Under the pieces are notes generated by a model. The model was given only the letters and a program-made list of their open reading frames with translations. It was not told the DNA's origin and did not search any database. A stretch of DNA of 64,000 nt from the human T2T-CHM13v2.0 reference genome, Homo sapiens: NCBI RefSeq assembly GCF_009914755.1, contig NC_060936.1; one strand, written 5' to 3'. This document shows, piece by piece, positions 18,436-34,257 of this stretch (the first letter of the stretch is position 1; each line of letters begins with the position of its first letter). A program made the translations under genes and the position numbers.

Positions 18436-19770
18436 AACCAAGATCAATGAGTTATTTCCCTCTCTTTTTTGGACCCAGACTTCGAGATCCAGTGTATATT
18501 TTCTCTTATGGCACATCTCAACTGGGACTGGCCACATTTCAAGTGATCAATAGCCACATGTGTCCCTATTAGACAGGGCAGGGTTAGAGGGTTTCAAAAG
18601 GTAAAATTGCATGGTTAGGTTTGGAATGATTCTTTGTGCTTAGTAAAAAGAGGAAACACCAAATCATGGAACAGGAGAACATGTCCCGCTCAGCAAGGTT
18701 TCCAGAGATGGAGCGAGAGGAAGAGGTTGGGGCATTTATGTTCTGGTGACCACGAGGACAAGGTCAGCCAAGTACACACAGTTAGTGCTCAGCCAAGTGG
18801 AGCAGGGAGTCTGAGCCTGGCTGCTTCTAAAACAGCACAGGTGCAGCTCCTGGTTGCCCTGGTTACAGTCCCCTCCTCATGAGAATAACATTTTCATAAG
18901 AAAAGCCACATGCAAATGAAGTCGGCAGCCAGGAGGGAGTGGAGCAGCCCTTAGCCTTGCCAGCTACATCTTCAAGGAGGTACCACCCGGGAGGGGCTTG
19001 AGCAAAGGACGACGGTGAAATTCAGCGGGGTATTATTTGGGTGATAAAGGAAAGGTGGTAGCAGGCCTGTGTGCCTGAGATCATTCTAGACACGGGATGT
19101 GCTTGTGCTGTCATGTGGGCATGGTCCGTATAAGCTACCATATCTTACCTGTGCTACCTGCCCGCACTACCACCTGGAAGGAACTCTGGGCAGGGAGATG
19201 GTGGTAGTCACTTTCCTGGTGGCTTTTATGAATTGACTTGGGCTACCAGTAACTGTAGTGATGCTGGTGACAGACAAAGTCAAGCCTACTCAAAGGCTTG
19301 GGTGGCTCAAATTGTTGTATCAACAAATGAAGGAATGAAATGAAACTGACATTATCTCGTAACTCAGAAAAGGTGGATGCCAGATATGGCTTCCATTTCT
19401 CGGCTCTTCCCTTCCTGGTGAGAGGCAGGAGATTTGGACTGTAGTTCTAGCTTTTCTTCTCTACTCATTTGGCAGTCTTGAGTAACTCACTTGGCCTTGG
19501 TGAGACTCGGTCTACCCATCTGTGAAATGGGAGAACAGTTCCCATCAGGAGGGCTGAGTGAGGTAATGGCATGAAAGTGACCAAATGTCCAGCTGTAAAA
19601 GAATTAGATTGGGGAACAGCCTGATGGAGAAGCAGGTTTGGAGAAGAGTAAATGACCCCATCAGCGGATCTCCTGTGATGATAGCATTAAGCCCGAAAAA
19701 GTCTGTGGGTAAAAGTCTGGGGACATAAGAGCCCATGTTGGGGCAGGGTAGGGGGCGGAAACGCTCGCAC

Positions 19771-19912
19771 CTCTGTGAACTGCACATTGGCTGGGTCCCC
19801 CAGGGTGGAGCCGTCAGGCTGCTTGTAGCCAGCGTAGCGGATGAGCTGGGAGTTCCAGACTCGGAAGTCGTGCTTGCCGTCTGTCCTCTGGGGGAATATG
19901 GTGATGGCAGAC
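19771..19912 (-). CDS. NOS1: NOS1 exon 8 (142 nt): [47 protein letters not shown]
   Basis: cacag acceptor, GAG|GTGCGA donor; conserved NOS motif. Confidence 0.98.
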
Positions 19913-20283
19913 CTGTGGTGGAGAGACGGGAACACCCGGCATCAGGGCGGGACTTGCGCTGTGGGAACATACTAAACATGGCGCCACCCAGGGCGACAGC
20001 TGCTTGAGGCTCAGGGTAGATTACCTCCGTGCCAAGGTCCCCAGGGCCAATGGAGCAGCGGTCGGAAGGGATGGGCCGTGCTCTGTTCCTCCACCAGAAC
20101 TATGGTGTGAGGAAAACGGTGGAGGGGGTGGGAGCTCCCATGCCACCATGCTGAAGGAAAGAATCTCTTTCTAGCTGGAGACTTTTAAATAATATTGACT
20201 TGAGCCAGTCTTCCAAAGAGTTCTTTTGCAGCCAGTCATTTCCACGGAAACATCAGACCTTGTTTCCCTTTAAGAATGCACTA

Positions 20284-20908
<625 letters not shown>

Positions 20909-22081
20909 CTACAGAATCCCGATTCCAGTCTTCTTCCAGCCATCATTAATTTTATCCACTTTGCCCACCCTCCTTACCAAACCAAAGTTTATAGACTTAT
21001 CATTAAAAAGCAATCAGCTTGCATTTGTATTCACATTTATTTATTTAAAAGAAAATTGCAGGTCACCAGCCATTGGCTTTGCCTGCCTAAATAGGCAACA
21101 GTGAAGGCTGTATTCTTTTATTAATTGTGGAAAGATGTTGTCTGCTGAAGGTCCTAGCTGGAGCCCTGGTCTCTATGTTAAAAGGGAGATCAGCAAGTAT
21201 TAGGTGTTAACAATATCTTAGCACCAAACTGAGCCTTTCTCCTCAACATCATCATCAGGATTGGAAAAAAAAAAAAGGAAAGGAAAATAACTTTTTCACG
21301 ATGTAGTTCAATGTCATCTCACAGCAGGAGCTCTTGCCAGCTGGATTCGCTGGCCCCCCATCCCAGGCTATGGAAACATGGTCCTGGCTTCTTGTGTCAA
21401 CAAAAAGATGGCATCTCGGGTCCAACTACTTGCTTATAGATCTCTTCTCACATATACATTTCTGTCCAGAACTGTGTCCCTGCTGATCCCCTTGGCTGGA
21501 ATCCCCCTCTTCCATTTTATGTCCAAGTTCAAGACCTGATTCAAATCTGCTTCCTCCATACAGCAACCCCTGTCTCATCTAGTTTCATAGAGCCTTCTTT
21601 CTGAGCACGGTTTTTAGGTCTTACTCTCTACACAAGACAACGTAGCATGTAATCCTGCTGGGGTGATGCATCACAGCTGAGGGTGAGTCTAGAATCCAGG
21701 CTGGAGGCCAAAATCACATAGAGGCAAAGATGCTCTTAAAGATCTCTTAACAGAGGCGCCATCTTGGAGATGAACACGGAGTGAGTCAAACAGTTTTCCC
21801 TCCAGCACTAAAACACATTGCTGTTTCTCTGGTTGAACATCCGATAAAGGGTGTTTGTGTAATGTGTATATTTTAAAAGTGTGTTTAGAAACACTAGAAT
21901 CACACACAGTGAGTGGGGTGTGATGCCTACTCTATGTGCAGAAACTGAGACCAACAGAGGAACCAGAACACACATCTATACCTGTACTCTCCTGCTTCCC
22001 TCAGCACAGTGTAAACCTGCATCTCTCCCTCTCTTCTTCTCTCTGCTGTCCTTCCCCTCTATGCACAGATTATTCCTATAA

Positions 22082-22408
<327 letters not shown>

Positions 22409-22621
22409 GCATGGTATACATTCTTATACAGTTCTCATCGCTTTCAGACATGAGGGTTAAAAACTATAGAAAGAAAAAGAATCTGCTGAATGTTTTCTTT
22501 AATAGAAGATCTCACAAAGACCCCTTAATACAGCAGTGAAAAAAGTGGAGGTGCACTGCTGGGACTGGGGTGACCCATACTCAGAGCCTGCTCAGAGCCC
22601 CATTTGAAAACTACCAGAAGA

Positions 22622-23010
<389 letters not shown>

Positions 23011-23814
23011 TTAAGGGGTGAGGTCTCTTGGAAAAGAGTTGTCTTGGGAAAGAGACCTAAATACCAATTCCTCATGCAGGCCCAGGCTTAGATTACAGGC
23101 CGTTTTCTTACTGGTGGACTCAGAAAATTGGCAAACACCATTTCCTTCTTACGGAAGAGAAGAGACACATCTAAGAAAACCCATGTTTCATGCAAAGAAG
23201 CCACTTTTGGATGAACTCAGTGAAGCCCGGGCGCTTGTGGGAATATCTCTGCAGTGATCCTGTGTGGCTCCAAGATGGGGCTAGTGCTCAGTGGCTGGGA
23301 ACAGATGCCGTGGCAGCAGTGAGCGGGCAGAGTCAACAAGTGTAGCCGGCTGTCTGTGGGGCCCCAGCTGTTCATTTCCACCTGTCCCTCTCCCAGCTGA
23401 GACTTGCCAGCGTGGCCGCCACCAGCCACATGGATGTCTGCCTGCCTCGGCCTGCTCCCTGTGGCTTTGTTCTTTGTATTGGTGAAGACGAGTCCAAGGC
23501 ATGGCTTGGCTGGGTGGAACCTGAAGGAGCAGTTCCCATTGTATCAGCAAGAGAAACTGCCTTTTAAACCAAGGGAGATTTGGTTTGGTTTGTCTCCAGG
23601 CGACAGAGCAAGACACAGTAAAAGCAGGTCACCACCAGCAATAGGATTTTCTGATACCTGGGAATCTCAACTATTTGTTCCTGTCCTCTCCAGGAAAGAT
23701 ACTGAACTGTGGGTTGAACGTGATGTTTGCTGCTGTAGTTTTGCAAACCACACAGGAATCCACTTGTCCCAGAAAAGAAGGAAAATGGGATGGTGTATGG
23801 AATAAAGATGCCGG

Positions 23815-24530
<716 letters not shown>

Positions 24531-25147
24531 TTATATTTTCTCTTTTCTATCCTAATAACCAAGGCCAATTTGACCAGAAAAAAAAAAAATCCCCTAAAAG
24601 TAGGCACGGCATGAAAGTGAATGTGGGAAAGGAATGGCAAATGAAGGAGGGGGTTTAGATGGGCTGGTTACATTTTCTGTTAGGTTACTAGGGATTAGGG
24701 ATTAAAAAACAGAACAAAAATCAAACAAAACCCCCCTGATCTTGATAACAAATCTACTTCCAACTTTAAACTATTTCCTAAAATAAAATCGTAACCAAGG
24801 GACACAGAAACTAATGCCTTCAGGGAGTAGGCAGATAAATAGGCTAAGTAGGTGCAAGACAAAAGGGAGTGGTGAGGTCTGCGGTCAACTGAAAAGTATA
24901 AGCCCTCCCTTCCAAGAGATATGCAAGTTCATTTTTGCAAAAGCACTGTGTTGGCTAAATAAGACATGATTATCATCTAGAGCTGGCTGTGATCTTGGAA
25001 TGTGGGACCCCGTGACCATCATCTGATAGGTCACCATGGCTACCAGGTACCCTTGGTAGAAGCTTATCCTTTTTAAAGCTCCATCCACTCCCCTTCCCCT
25101 CTTCCCTCATTTAAGGGCTCTTCAAGGTATCTGACTTCACCACCTAC

Positions 25148-25310
25148 CTGCAGCTTGGACCACTGGATCCTGCCCACACAGCGCGAGGCATTCCGCCAGG
25201 CGTGCTTGGCCCCATAGATGAGCTCTGTGTCCTTGAGCTGGTAAGTGCTAGTGGTGTCGATCTCTTTGTTCACCTCTTCCAGCCTTTCCATGTGGGCTTT
25301 GGAGCCAAAT
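25148..25310 (-). CDS. NOS1: NOS1 exon 6 (163 nt): [12 protein letters not shown]...[18 protein letters not shown]; heme-thiolate Cys codon at 25178-25180
   Basis: NOS signature [13 protein letters not shown]; ctcag acceptor, CAG|GTAGGT donor. Confidence 0.98.
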
Positions 25311-25976
25311 CTGAGTGAAGAGGAAGGGACATGGGAACATCACCCCCTCTTCTGAATTAGAAGTTAGTGGAAGGGGAGAGCTATTCCAAGAGGCTGGAAG
25401 CTACAAAAAATTCCAAGTTGATTTCTGGATGCAACAGTTTGATTTCTGGATGCAAGATAAAGCAGACACTGTAAACTCAAATGGCCACAAAGGCTGAACA
25501 TTGTAGATATAAGTCAACCAGCTGGGTGGGGACTGTGGCAAACAAGTGAGCCAGGCCTTGTCCAAAGCGGGCAGCCACGGCTCCACTCCTGTCAGTTGTC
25601 ACCTGACAGGAGTGGGGACCCAGGACTGCTAAATCTTTCCAGAGAAACTGGAAATCTGAGTTTTAAAGGGAACTCTTATAATTTTTAAATGTTGGCAATG
25701 AATTCAATTTTAGAAAGTTAGAAAAATTTTTGGTTTACAAAATGGTATACAGGATAATATAATAAACTCCCATGTCCCAAGCCTAAAAAATACTATAATA
25801 GTTTCTTGGGGAATACTTCCCCACTGTAGCCCATTCTGTCCCCAGAAGTGACTGCTATCTTGAACCTGGCATTTACCATTCTCATACACTTGTTCATATC
25901 TTTGCCACATGTATATCTATCCTTCAATCATGTACAATATCATTTTGCATGTTTAAAGCATTCATATAGGCATACA

Positions 25977-26268
25977 GGCCGGGTATGGTGGCTCACACCT
26001 GTAGTCCCAGCACTTTGGGAGGCCGAGGAGGGTGGATCACTTGAGGCTAGGAATTTGAGACCAGCCTGGCCAACATGGCAAAACTCTGTCTCTACAAAAA
26101 ATACAAAAATTAGCTGGGTGTGGTGGTGCGTGCCCGTAATCCCAGCTACTCAGGAGGCTGAGGCAGAGAATCGCTTGAGTCTGGGAGGCAGAGGGTGCAG
26201 TGAGCCAAGATCATGCCACTGCACTCCAGCCTGGGTGACAGAGCAAGACTCTGTCTCAAAAAAATAAA
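25977..26268 (+). mobile_element. Alu
   Basis: Alu consensus. Confidence 0.92.
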
Positions 26269-26476
26269 TCCATAAAAAAATTCATATAAATGGTGCTATA
26301 CTGGATGTATCCTTTTACAATTTATCCTTTCTTTTGCTCAAAGTTAGCTATGAACATGAACTTCAATTCCATTAACATGCAGAGCGCTAATCCCTTTGAT
26401 TTTTACAGTTGTATAGTATTCCATCACTGGAATATACCATAACTTACCCATTCTCCTGTTGATGGTGTTTATGTGG

Positions 26477-26800
<324 letters not shown>

Positions 26801-27116
26801 TAATTTTTTCCTGCTATAAACAATGTTTCAGTGAACATTCTTACTGATGGTTCCTTGTGAACAGGTGTGAGAATTTCTTTAGGGTATGTATCTAGGCATG
26901 GAATTGCTTGAAATCTTTCAAATTATAAGCAACCCTTTGCAGGTGAAACAAAAGCACTTCTGGGGAACAGATGTGACCTATGGGTAGCCAGTCTTAAGCC
27001 TCTGTGTATGGCAGAGGCCTTGTGCCTTGGCCTTGGTTTGCAAAGTTGGGGCTGACATCTTTCTCTCCAGCATTCGATAACTTACCTCGGGCTCCCCGGA
27101 ATTGACACACACTTGC

Positions 27117-27262
27117 CTTTTAATTGATGAATAGTATTGATCAATAAACTCTTTGGCGAGAGGGAAGAGCTGTCCTTTTGTGCGGACGTCTTCAGGCCTC
27201 CTTGCATGCTGAGAAGGATGCATGATGGAGCCCATGCAGATGTACTCAGTGCATCCCGTTTC
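27117..27262 (-). CDS. NOS1: NOS1 exon 5 (146 nt): ETGCTEYICMGSIMHPSQHARRPEDVRTKGQLFPLAKEFIDQYYSSIK(R); zinc-binding CxxxxC; GC donor
   Basis: ttccag acceptor; only the AAG|GCAAGT donor joins exon 6 in frame to give SSIKRFGSK. Confidence 0.96.
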
Positions 27263-27619
27263 CTGGAAGATCAAGAGATTTGGGGTATTGCTTGGTTTTA
27301 CCCAAGAGTGGCAGGTGTTAGGCTGTGGGCTTGGATCTCGTACTCATGGTTGAGTTTATCTGGCCCTTAATTCCCAGAGGCAGTTTCTCAAGTACCAGCT
27401 TCAAATCCTTGGTGGATATGATCATAGTCATGTTAAGGAACAATAAGTAGCATTTTAAGGTTCCTAAAGTATTTGCTCTACTCATCTTGGGAACAGAAGC
27501 TTTTTGACTAGGAATCAGAATCATTGGTACTAAAATCTGAAATATTTTTAGATTTTGCATGATGATCAAGGAGGAACTAATAGAGTGGCTACAGTAACTC
27601 ATTTGAATGCATCTATGAT

Positions 27620-28140
27620 AGACTGATTGCAAAACAGGACCCTAATTTTTCCCCTCCCTGTATTCACACCCTTTGAGATGTGGCTTTACAACAATTCTCC
27701 ATGAAGAAGTGGAACCTATCCCTTAACCCCTTGACTCTGGGCTGGTTTTGACCCTTAGGATGTGGCAGAAATGACCCTGTGACAACTCTGAGTCTAAGCC
27801 TCAAGAGTTCTTGCATGTTTCTGCTCATTCTCTTAGAACCCTGCAACTACATGTGAACAAGCCCAAGCTAGCTTGCTGGAAGAGGAGAGACCACATGGAA
27901 CAGGGTTGAGTTATCTCAGCCAGGACCATCCTAGACCACCCTGACCTTAGCTGACCCCTCAGATGTAACTACAGATGCATGAGAAAGCCTCACCAAAATC
28001 AACAGAGTCTGGACCAGATCAATCACTGATCTACCCAGCCAATCCGTAGACTTTTGAAAAATAATACATAGTTTTAATAGTTGTTTTCAGCCACTAAGTT
28101 TCAGGGCAATTTGTTACATTGTAATAGCTTGCAGATACCA
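27620..28140 (+). mobile_element. MLT1-family MaLR solo LTR
   Basis: Typical 3' end ttttcagccactaagtttcagggcaatttgttac. Confidence 0.7.
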
Positions 28141-28446
28141 TTCTTCCAAGAGGCCCAGGTTCAACAAAAATTTAAAGCAATATAATGGTTTGTTGACTAT
28201 TAAAAATATGAAATAAAAATACTGAGGACACACTGTGAAATCAAGGAAGGGTTTGTTTAATACTCCACCAGTGGTCAGACTGTGAGAGACAGAGATGATA
28301 TTCGCAAGCAGCAACTTCCCTTAGATTCTTTTGTGTACTGGGTTCACAAATAAAAAGCATTTACATAAGAGAGTGAGAATCCACCAGTGGTTCTCAAACA
28401 GGGGTGAATTTCTTGCCCAGGGAATGTTAGGTAATGTCTTGGAGAC

Positions 28447-29158
28447 TGTAAGAGTTGAAGAAGGAAGAAAGAAACATGAAAAGTGGCTTAACAGTCAGAG
28501 ACAGGTTTATTTTAAAGAATAAACCTGAGAGGGGCTTCTGGCCAAGTTAGGTTAGGAGCACTCTTTATTGTTTTTCTTTAAGTTCGGGATACACGTGCAG
28601 AACGTGCAGGTTTGTTACATATGTATACATGTGCCATGGTGGGCACCTATCAACCCATCATCTAGGTTTTAAGCCCCGCATGCATTAGGTGTTTGTCCTA
28701 ATGAGGAGCACTCTTTTTTACAGACTAAGAGTATTTAAGGGTTTAGGGTGGTAGAGCTTATCACAAGCTTGGAATGTTTCTGTGTCTCTTTGTCTTGCTT
28801 ATCTGGGAGGGAGAGTTTTTGTGTCTGTTCCCATATATTTTCTTGCAGCTGCAGGCATACCCCGCAAGTCTGCTTTTAGCTTCCCTATCTTTGTGCATCT
28901 AAAGGGAAAGGTATATGCTTATTAAGGCCCACTGTTTTACTGGAGCCCATTGTATGAGTTTGAAGTTTGGTGGTTACCCAAGAGACTTTCCCCCCTCCCT
29001 GTGTGCCCGAGCTGTCTTATCTGTGTTTTACTATCTGCTTTTTCTGGCTGCTTGTTGTTAGAAGGGAGGTGATTTCCTTGAAATACATGAAGTTAGAAAG
29101 GGAGCTGGAACTTAAAATGGCAGTGTTTGCCCAAGACGGCAGTGCTCCTGCTCTGTCA
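28447..29158 (-). mobile_element. ERV1-class solo LTR (LTR15/MER61-like), sense to NOS1
   Basis: TG...CA ends, 5-bp TSD GAGAC, minus-strand start TGACAGAGCAGGAGCA, AATAAA at 28507-28512. Confidence 0.8.
28567..28703 (-). mobile_element. Short L1PA 3' end nested in the LTR
   Basis: gtgcaggtttgttacat...tgtgccatgg; 13-bp TSD AGGAGCACTCTTT. Confidence 0.88.
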
Positions 29159-29340
29159 GAGACATTTTTGGTTGTCACAACCTGGAAGGGGGCGTACTGA
29201 CATCTAGGGGGTATGGGTCAGGGGTGGTGCTCAACACCCTACAACAGAGGACAGCCCCCACAACAAAGACTTATCCGACTCCAAATGTGGATAGTGATGA
29301 AGCTGCCACCCTCTCATCTACACCCTGCTGGGATACTTAC

Positions 29341-29469
29341 CAATGTGCTCTTAAGGTGGAGGGTGTCAGTGAGAACCACCTCAGTCTCCCAGTTCTTGAC
29401 CTTGAGGAAGCGTGGACACTTGGAGGGGCTGCCATTCTTTGTGGGGGACTGTTTTCCTGAGGTGGGGGG
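29341..29469 (-). CDS. NOS1: NOS1 exon 4 (129 nt): PPTSGKQSPTKNGSPSKCPRFLKVKNWETEVVLTDTLHLKSTL
   Basis: ctgcag acceptor, TTG|GTAAGT donor; phase 0-0; start of oxygenase domain. Confidence 0.97.
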
Positions 29470-29921
29470 CTGCAGGAGAGAATGAAGGTGGAAGATGAGG
29501 CAGGGCCTTGAGTGGACTGTAACATTGTCTCCACAGAGGCTGGGAGAGCCATTGTTCTTCCTGGGATCTGCCTTGAGTGACCAACTGTCTACATCCAGAG
29601 TAAGATCCAGCCCTTCCTGCTTGACATGTACAAGGTTCCTGGGAACCTGATTTCCCCACTTACATGGAAAGAAACACCATGGAAGAGCCTCTAGGATTCT
29701 GCTCTGGGGAGAGGGGTCAGGAACTCAAAGGTGGTCTCTCTGGTTCAACAGGGTCGGACACACTGAGGAAGGACTCGGTGAATATTTGTTGAATGAATAC
29801 ATGACTGAAAGGACACCATCAGCCTCTTTGAATGATAATAGCCCCCAGCACCGAGGAATCAAACCTAAAGCTGGGTCGATTTACTTGGATTTCTAGGCCT
29901 TTCTGTGACAGTCCAAACTCA

Positions 29922-30438
<517 letters not shown>

Positions 30439-30572
30439 TTATGGGGACCTTTAGTCCCCCATTTGTCTTCACTCTGCAAATGATTTGGCCAGTAGGTGAG
30501 GGGGGATAAATTTCAGGCTGACCAGTGTTGGCCCATTCATTGTAGACCTCACTGATAAGGATTACATCTGTC

Positions 30573-31142
<570 letters not shown>

Positions 31143-32584
31143 TAATACATGCTCAATAAATAGGCACTGGGGATTCAGCAGTGAAGAATACAGACAGGTA
31201 CCTTGCCCTCTGGAGTGTTATGTGGTAGAGGTGGAGATAAACAGTAAGTAAACTAATATAGGGTCAGTATAATTCCAGGTGATGATAAGAATAGAAAATG
31301 GGGAGGTGACTGTAACTAAGTGGAGGGGAGAAGGGCAAGTGCAAAGGCACTGACATGGGAATGAACTTGTTAAGTTCAAAGGACCAGCAAGGAGGTTGAG
31401 TGTGGCTGGAGTGTATGCATGAGGGCAAGTGTAAGGAGATAAAATCAGAAAGGAGGCAGGGCACTCATCTCACTGGCTTGGAGGAGCTCAGGCTGGTGAC
31501 GGTAGCTGTGAATTATGATCAAATGAGCTGGATCAAAGTCCAGGATAGAAGTCACAGAGAACTGCGAAGGACTAATACTGAAAACTAACATTAAATGAGC
31601 ACTGATTATGTGCCAAGCAACAACCTTATTATCTCCATTTTACAGATTAGGAAACTGAGGCACAGAGAGGTTAAGTTGCCCAAGATTGTAGAGCTAATAA
31701 GCTGAAGAAAGGAGTCCAATCCAGGCAGTCTGGCTCCCAAACCATGCCCTTAACAGCTTGACTATCCTGCCTCCTGGCCATCAGGAATAATTCATTAATT
31801 TAACACATGTTTATTGAGTAGTTCCTATGTGCCAGGTGAGGCAGCAGAGACCAAGACTATAGTGACAAGCTAGATGGATGTGATCTCTGCTCCCATGGAG
31901 TCACAGTCCTGTAGGGGGTGACGAAAACTGAATGAGCCATTGCAATCGATTTAGCACAATGGATGCCATTACATGGGACCTTGGCAGCACAGGGGAGGTG
32001 GGAGCACATAGAAGACACATCTAACTTCTAGGTCAAGACCAGAAGATGAGTACGTGCTAGCCAGGCAAGGAAGAGGAAGCAAGGTCTTACAGGCAGAGAG
32101 AACAGATCATGCAGAGGTCCTGAGTTAAGAGAACTATCATGGCCACCTTTGCAGCCAGCGGAATAAGAGTTCTGAGTTCTGTGTTAAAGCATTCATGGCG
32201 CCATGTTGGAGCCTGGGGAACAGGAGGTGGGGAAGAGCGTGCCACTGTTAAAGACTGCTCCGGAAGAGTGCAGGCTGTGGCAGCACAGGGAACACACGGA
32301 AGGTGCTAGGATTCATAATCTTCCACGGCTCCTGGCCCTCGCCAGATCTGGTCCTCCTCAGTGCCGGGCGCTACCAACCATCTGTGCAGGACAAGCCACG
32401 GGTGGGAGCTATCTTAATCATCAGCCTCTTCTCTATCTCCCACACCCAACTCATCACTGACTCTCCCCCATTTTAGCTTTTTAACTAGCTCTAGAATCCA
32501 TTCACTCCTCTCCCCTTCCACTGGCCAGCACCCTGACTAAGTCATCTCTTACTTGGATGATCATAGTCACCCCTAAATGTTAGC

Positions 32585-32830
32585 CATTATTTATTATTAT
32601 AAATGTTATTATTATGTGACTACTAGCCCAATTTACAGTATTAGAAGTATTTCTTGTAGTACTGCAATACTTCTGCAAGTATTATTACTTGTATTACTTG
32701 TATATTATTACTTGTATTATTATTACTACTTGTATTATTACTTGTATTACTATTATTACTTGTATTATTATTACTTATATTATTACTTGTATTACTATTA
32801 TTACTTCTGCAAGTATTACTACTACACTAC
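32585..32830. repeat. AT-rich (TAT)n / TTACTTGTA degenerate minisatellite
   Basis: Repeated TATTATTACTTG units. Confidence 0.9.
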
Positions 32831-33249
32831 CACACTGGGAGCATGATAAAGGTTTGGGCGAGTTCTTTCCTTTGTTCCTCATTTATACTTTCTAGCCTGT
32901 CTAAGTTATTGTGCCCATGTTTCCCTAGGAAGTTGGATACAAACAACCCCACTTTGTTCAAACGTCTGGCCAGGCACCCTAAACACTTCTTTAAGATCCT
33001 GTCTCCCCTCCTGTGTCTTCCAGGAGGAGTCTTGGAGGTGATGAAAGTCACATCTGGGCAGGGCTTTGTAGCAAACACATCCCTCTGATTGTGCCCACAA
33101 CCTGTATCATTGAGAAAAAAAACAAATAATCCTACCTTGCCCACAGGAAGGCACCCCAGCCATTCTCCCTACATACCCAGTTTCACTCAGCCAGTTTAGA
33201 AACCCTCTCGGCCACCCATGTGAACACTGTAGAGGCTGAGGAGCAGCTG

Positions 33250-33700
33250 AAATCCCAGGGCGGGGATGACAGATGTGGTGATGACATCGGGTCTGGGCCC
33301 AGGACTCAGAGGGTGGGGGGCCAGGCGTGAGGAGGAGGAGCAGGGTGTGGCCTGTGGGCGGCAGCCGACAGTTTTCATCACCAGGGAGGGGGAGGAGCGA
33401 GATAACAGGACTAATAAAAGAGGCCATCTGTTGAGGTCCCAGATGTGCGAGGGGTGGTCGTTACGAGTCAAGTAATTGGCTGCCCGAGTGCGAGCCGTGC
33501 CACCCTCCGCCCTGGGTTTCACTGGATTGCACACTTGAAACCAGGCATTAGGAGGCTTCTGGCAGGGCTGTTGTACTTGGCGCTTTGATGTTTTAATTAG
33601 CCAGCAGCAATATTAGATGACTCAGGAGGGGAGAAACGGGGAGATTAATATAGCAGTCAGGGGCCCTGCATGCAGGATGCAAATGACTATTCTGAGTGGG
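33250..33700. promoter_or_regulatory. Candidate intronic enhancer (E-box, homeobox, TCF/LEF, AP-1, octamer cluster)
   Basis: CATCTG 33425, CAGATG 33440, TAATTG 33473, CTTTGATG 33583, TAATTA 33594, TGACTCA 33618, ATGCAAAT 33677 in repeat-free, CpG-retaining DNA. Confidence 0.4.
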
Positions 33701-34257
33701 CACCAAAGTTCTCCTGGTCAAAATGCAGATTAGCAGCACTTGTGAGTTATTATGTTGGGCACAGGGCACAAGTGGGCTTTGGGCTGTGGCTACATACTCC
33801 CTTTTCTGGCTTTATGTCTGTGGTGGGGACAAGGGAAGCTTTTAGGTGGGAGGAGACATTGGCTCGCTCTTTGTGGACCCCTGGGACACCCGCCCCTAAG
33901 TGTGCAAAGGAGGCCATGATCTCATGGGCATCTTCATAGCCTTGTCAACACCTCTTTGCCTAGGAAGCTTGCAGAGGCCCTGAAGGAATGAAAGGAAATG
34001 GTCCTGCAGCCAGGCTCAAAAGGAGGCAGGGAGGTGCGGTCATGTCAGCCTGGGCTCCAGAGCTGAGAATGCCACTTCCAAGGACTGCTGAAGCTCTGAT
34101 TCCTTTTCCCCTCTCCTTTTCTCCCTTCTTTCTCCCCTTCAACAAGTGCATATTGAGCACCTACTATATTTTGGGGACTAGTATTCTAGGACTCAGCAGC
34201 CACTGAATGACTCTCATCCCACAACTGGGAAAAGCATCTTACAGCTGCTTCTTCTAA

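Larger units (their letters stand above)
28385..29300 (+). mobile_element. MER20 DNA transposon split by an LTR
   Basis: cagtggttctcaa...ggagac / atttttggttgtcacaac...ccaaatgtggatagtg. Confidence 0.8.

Noticed and set aside
19974-19996. CTCF/YY1-like motif near the exon 8 acceptor
   Set aside because: The CTCF match has several core mismatches; a single short YY1 core is insufficient.
25418-25455. 17-bp tandem duplication TTGATTTCTGGATGCAA (similar micro-duplications near 9562 and 47514)
   Set aside because: Ordinary slippage duplications.
32577-32895. Poly-Tyr / Ile-Thr ORFs and array-like periodicity
   Set aside because: Simple TAT-derived repeat; no spacers, so not CRISPR-like.
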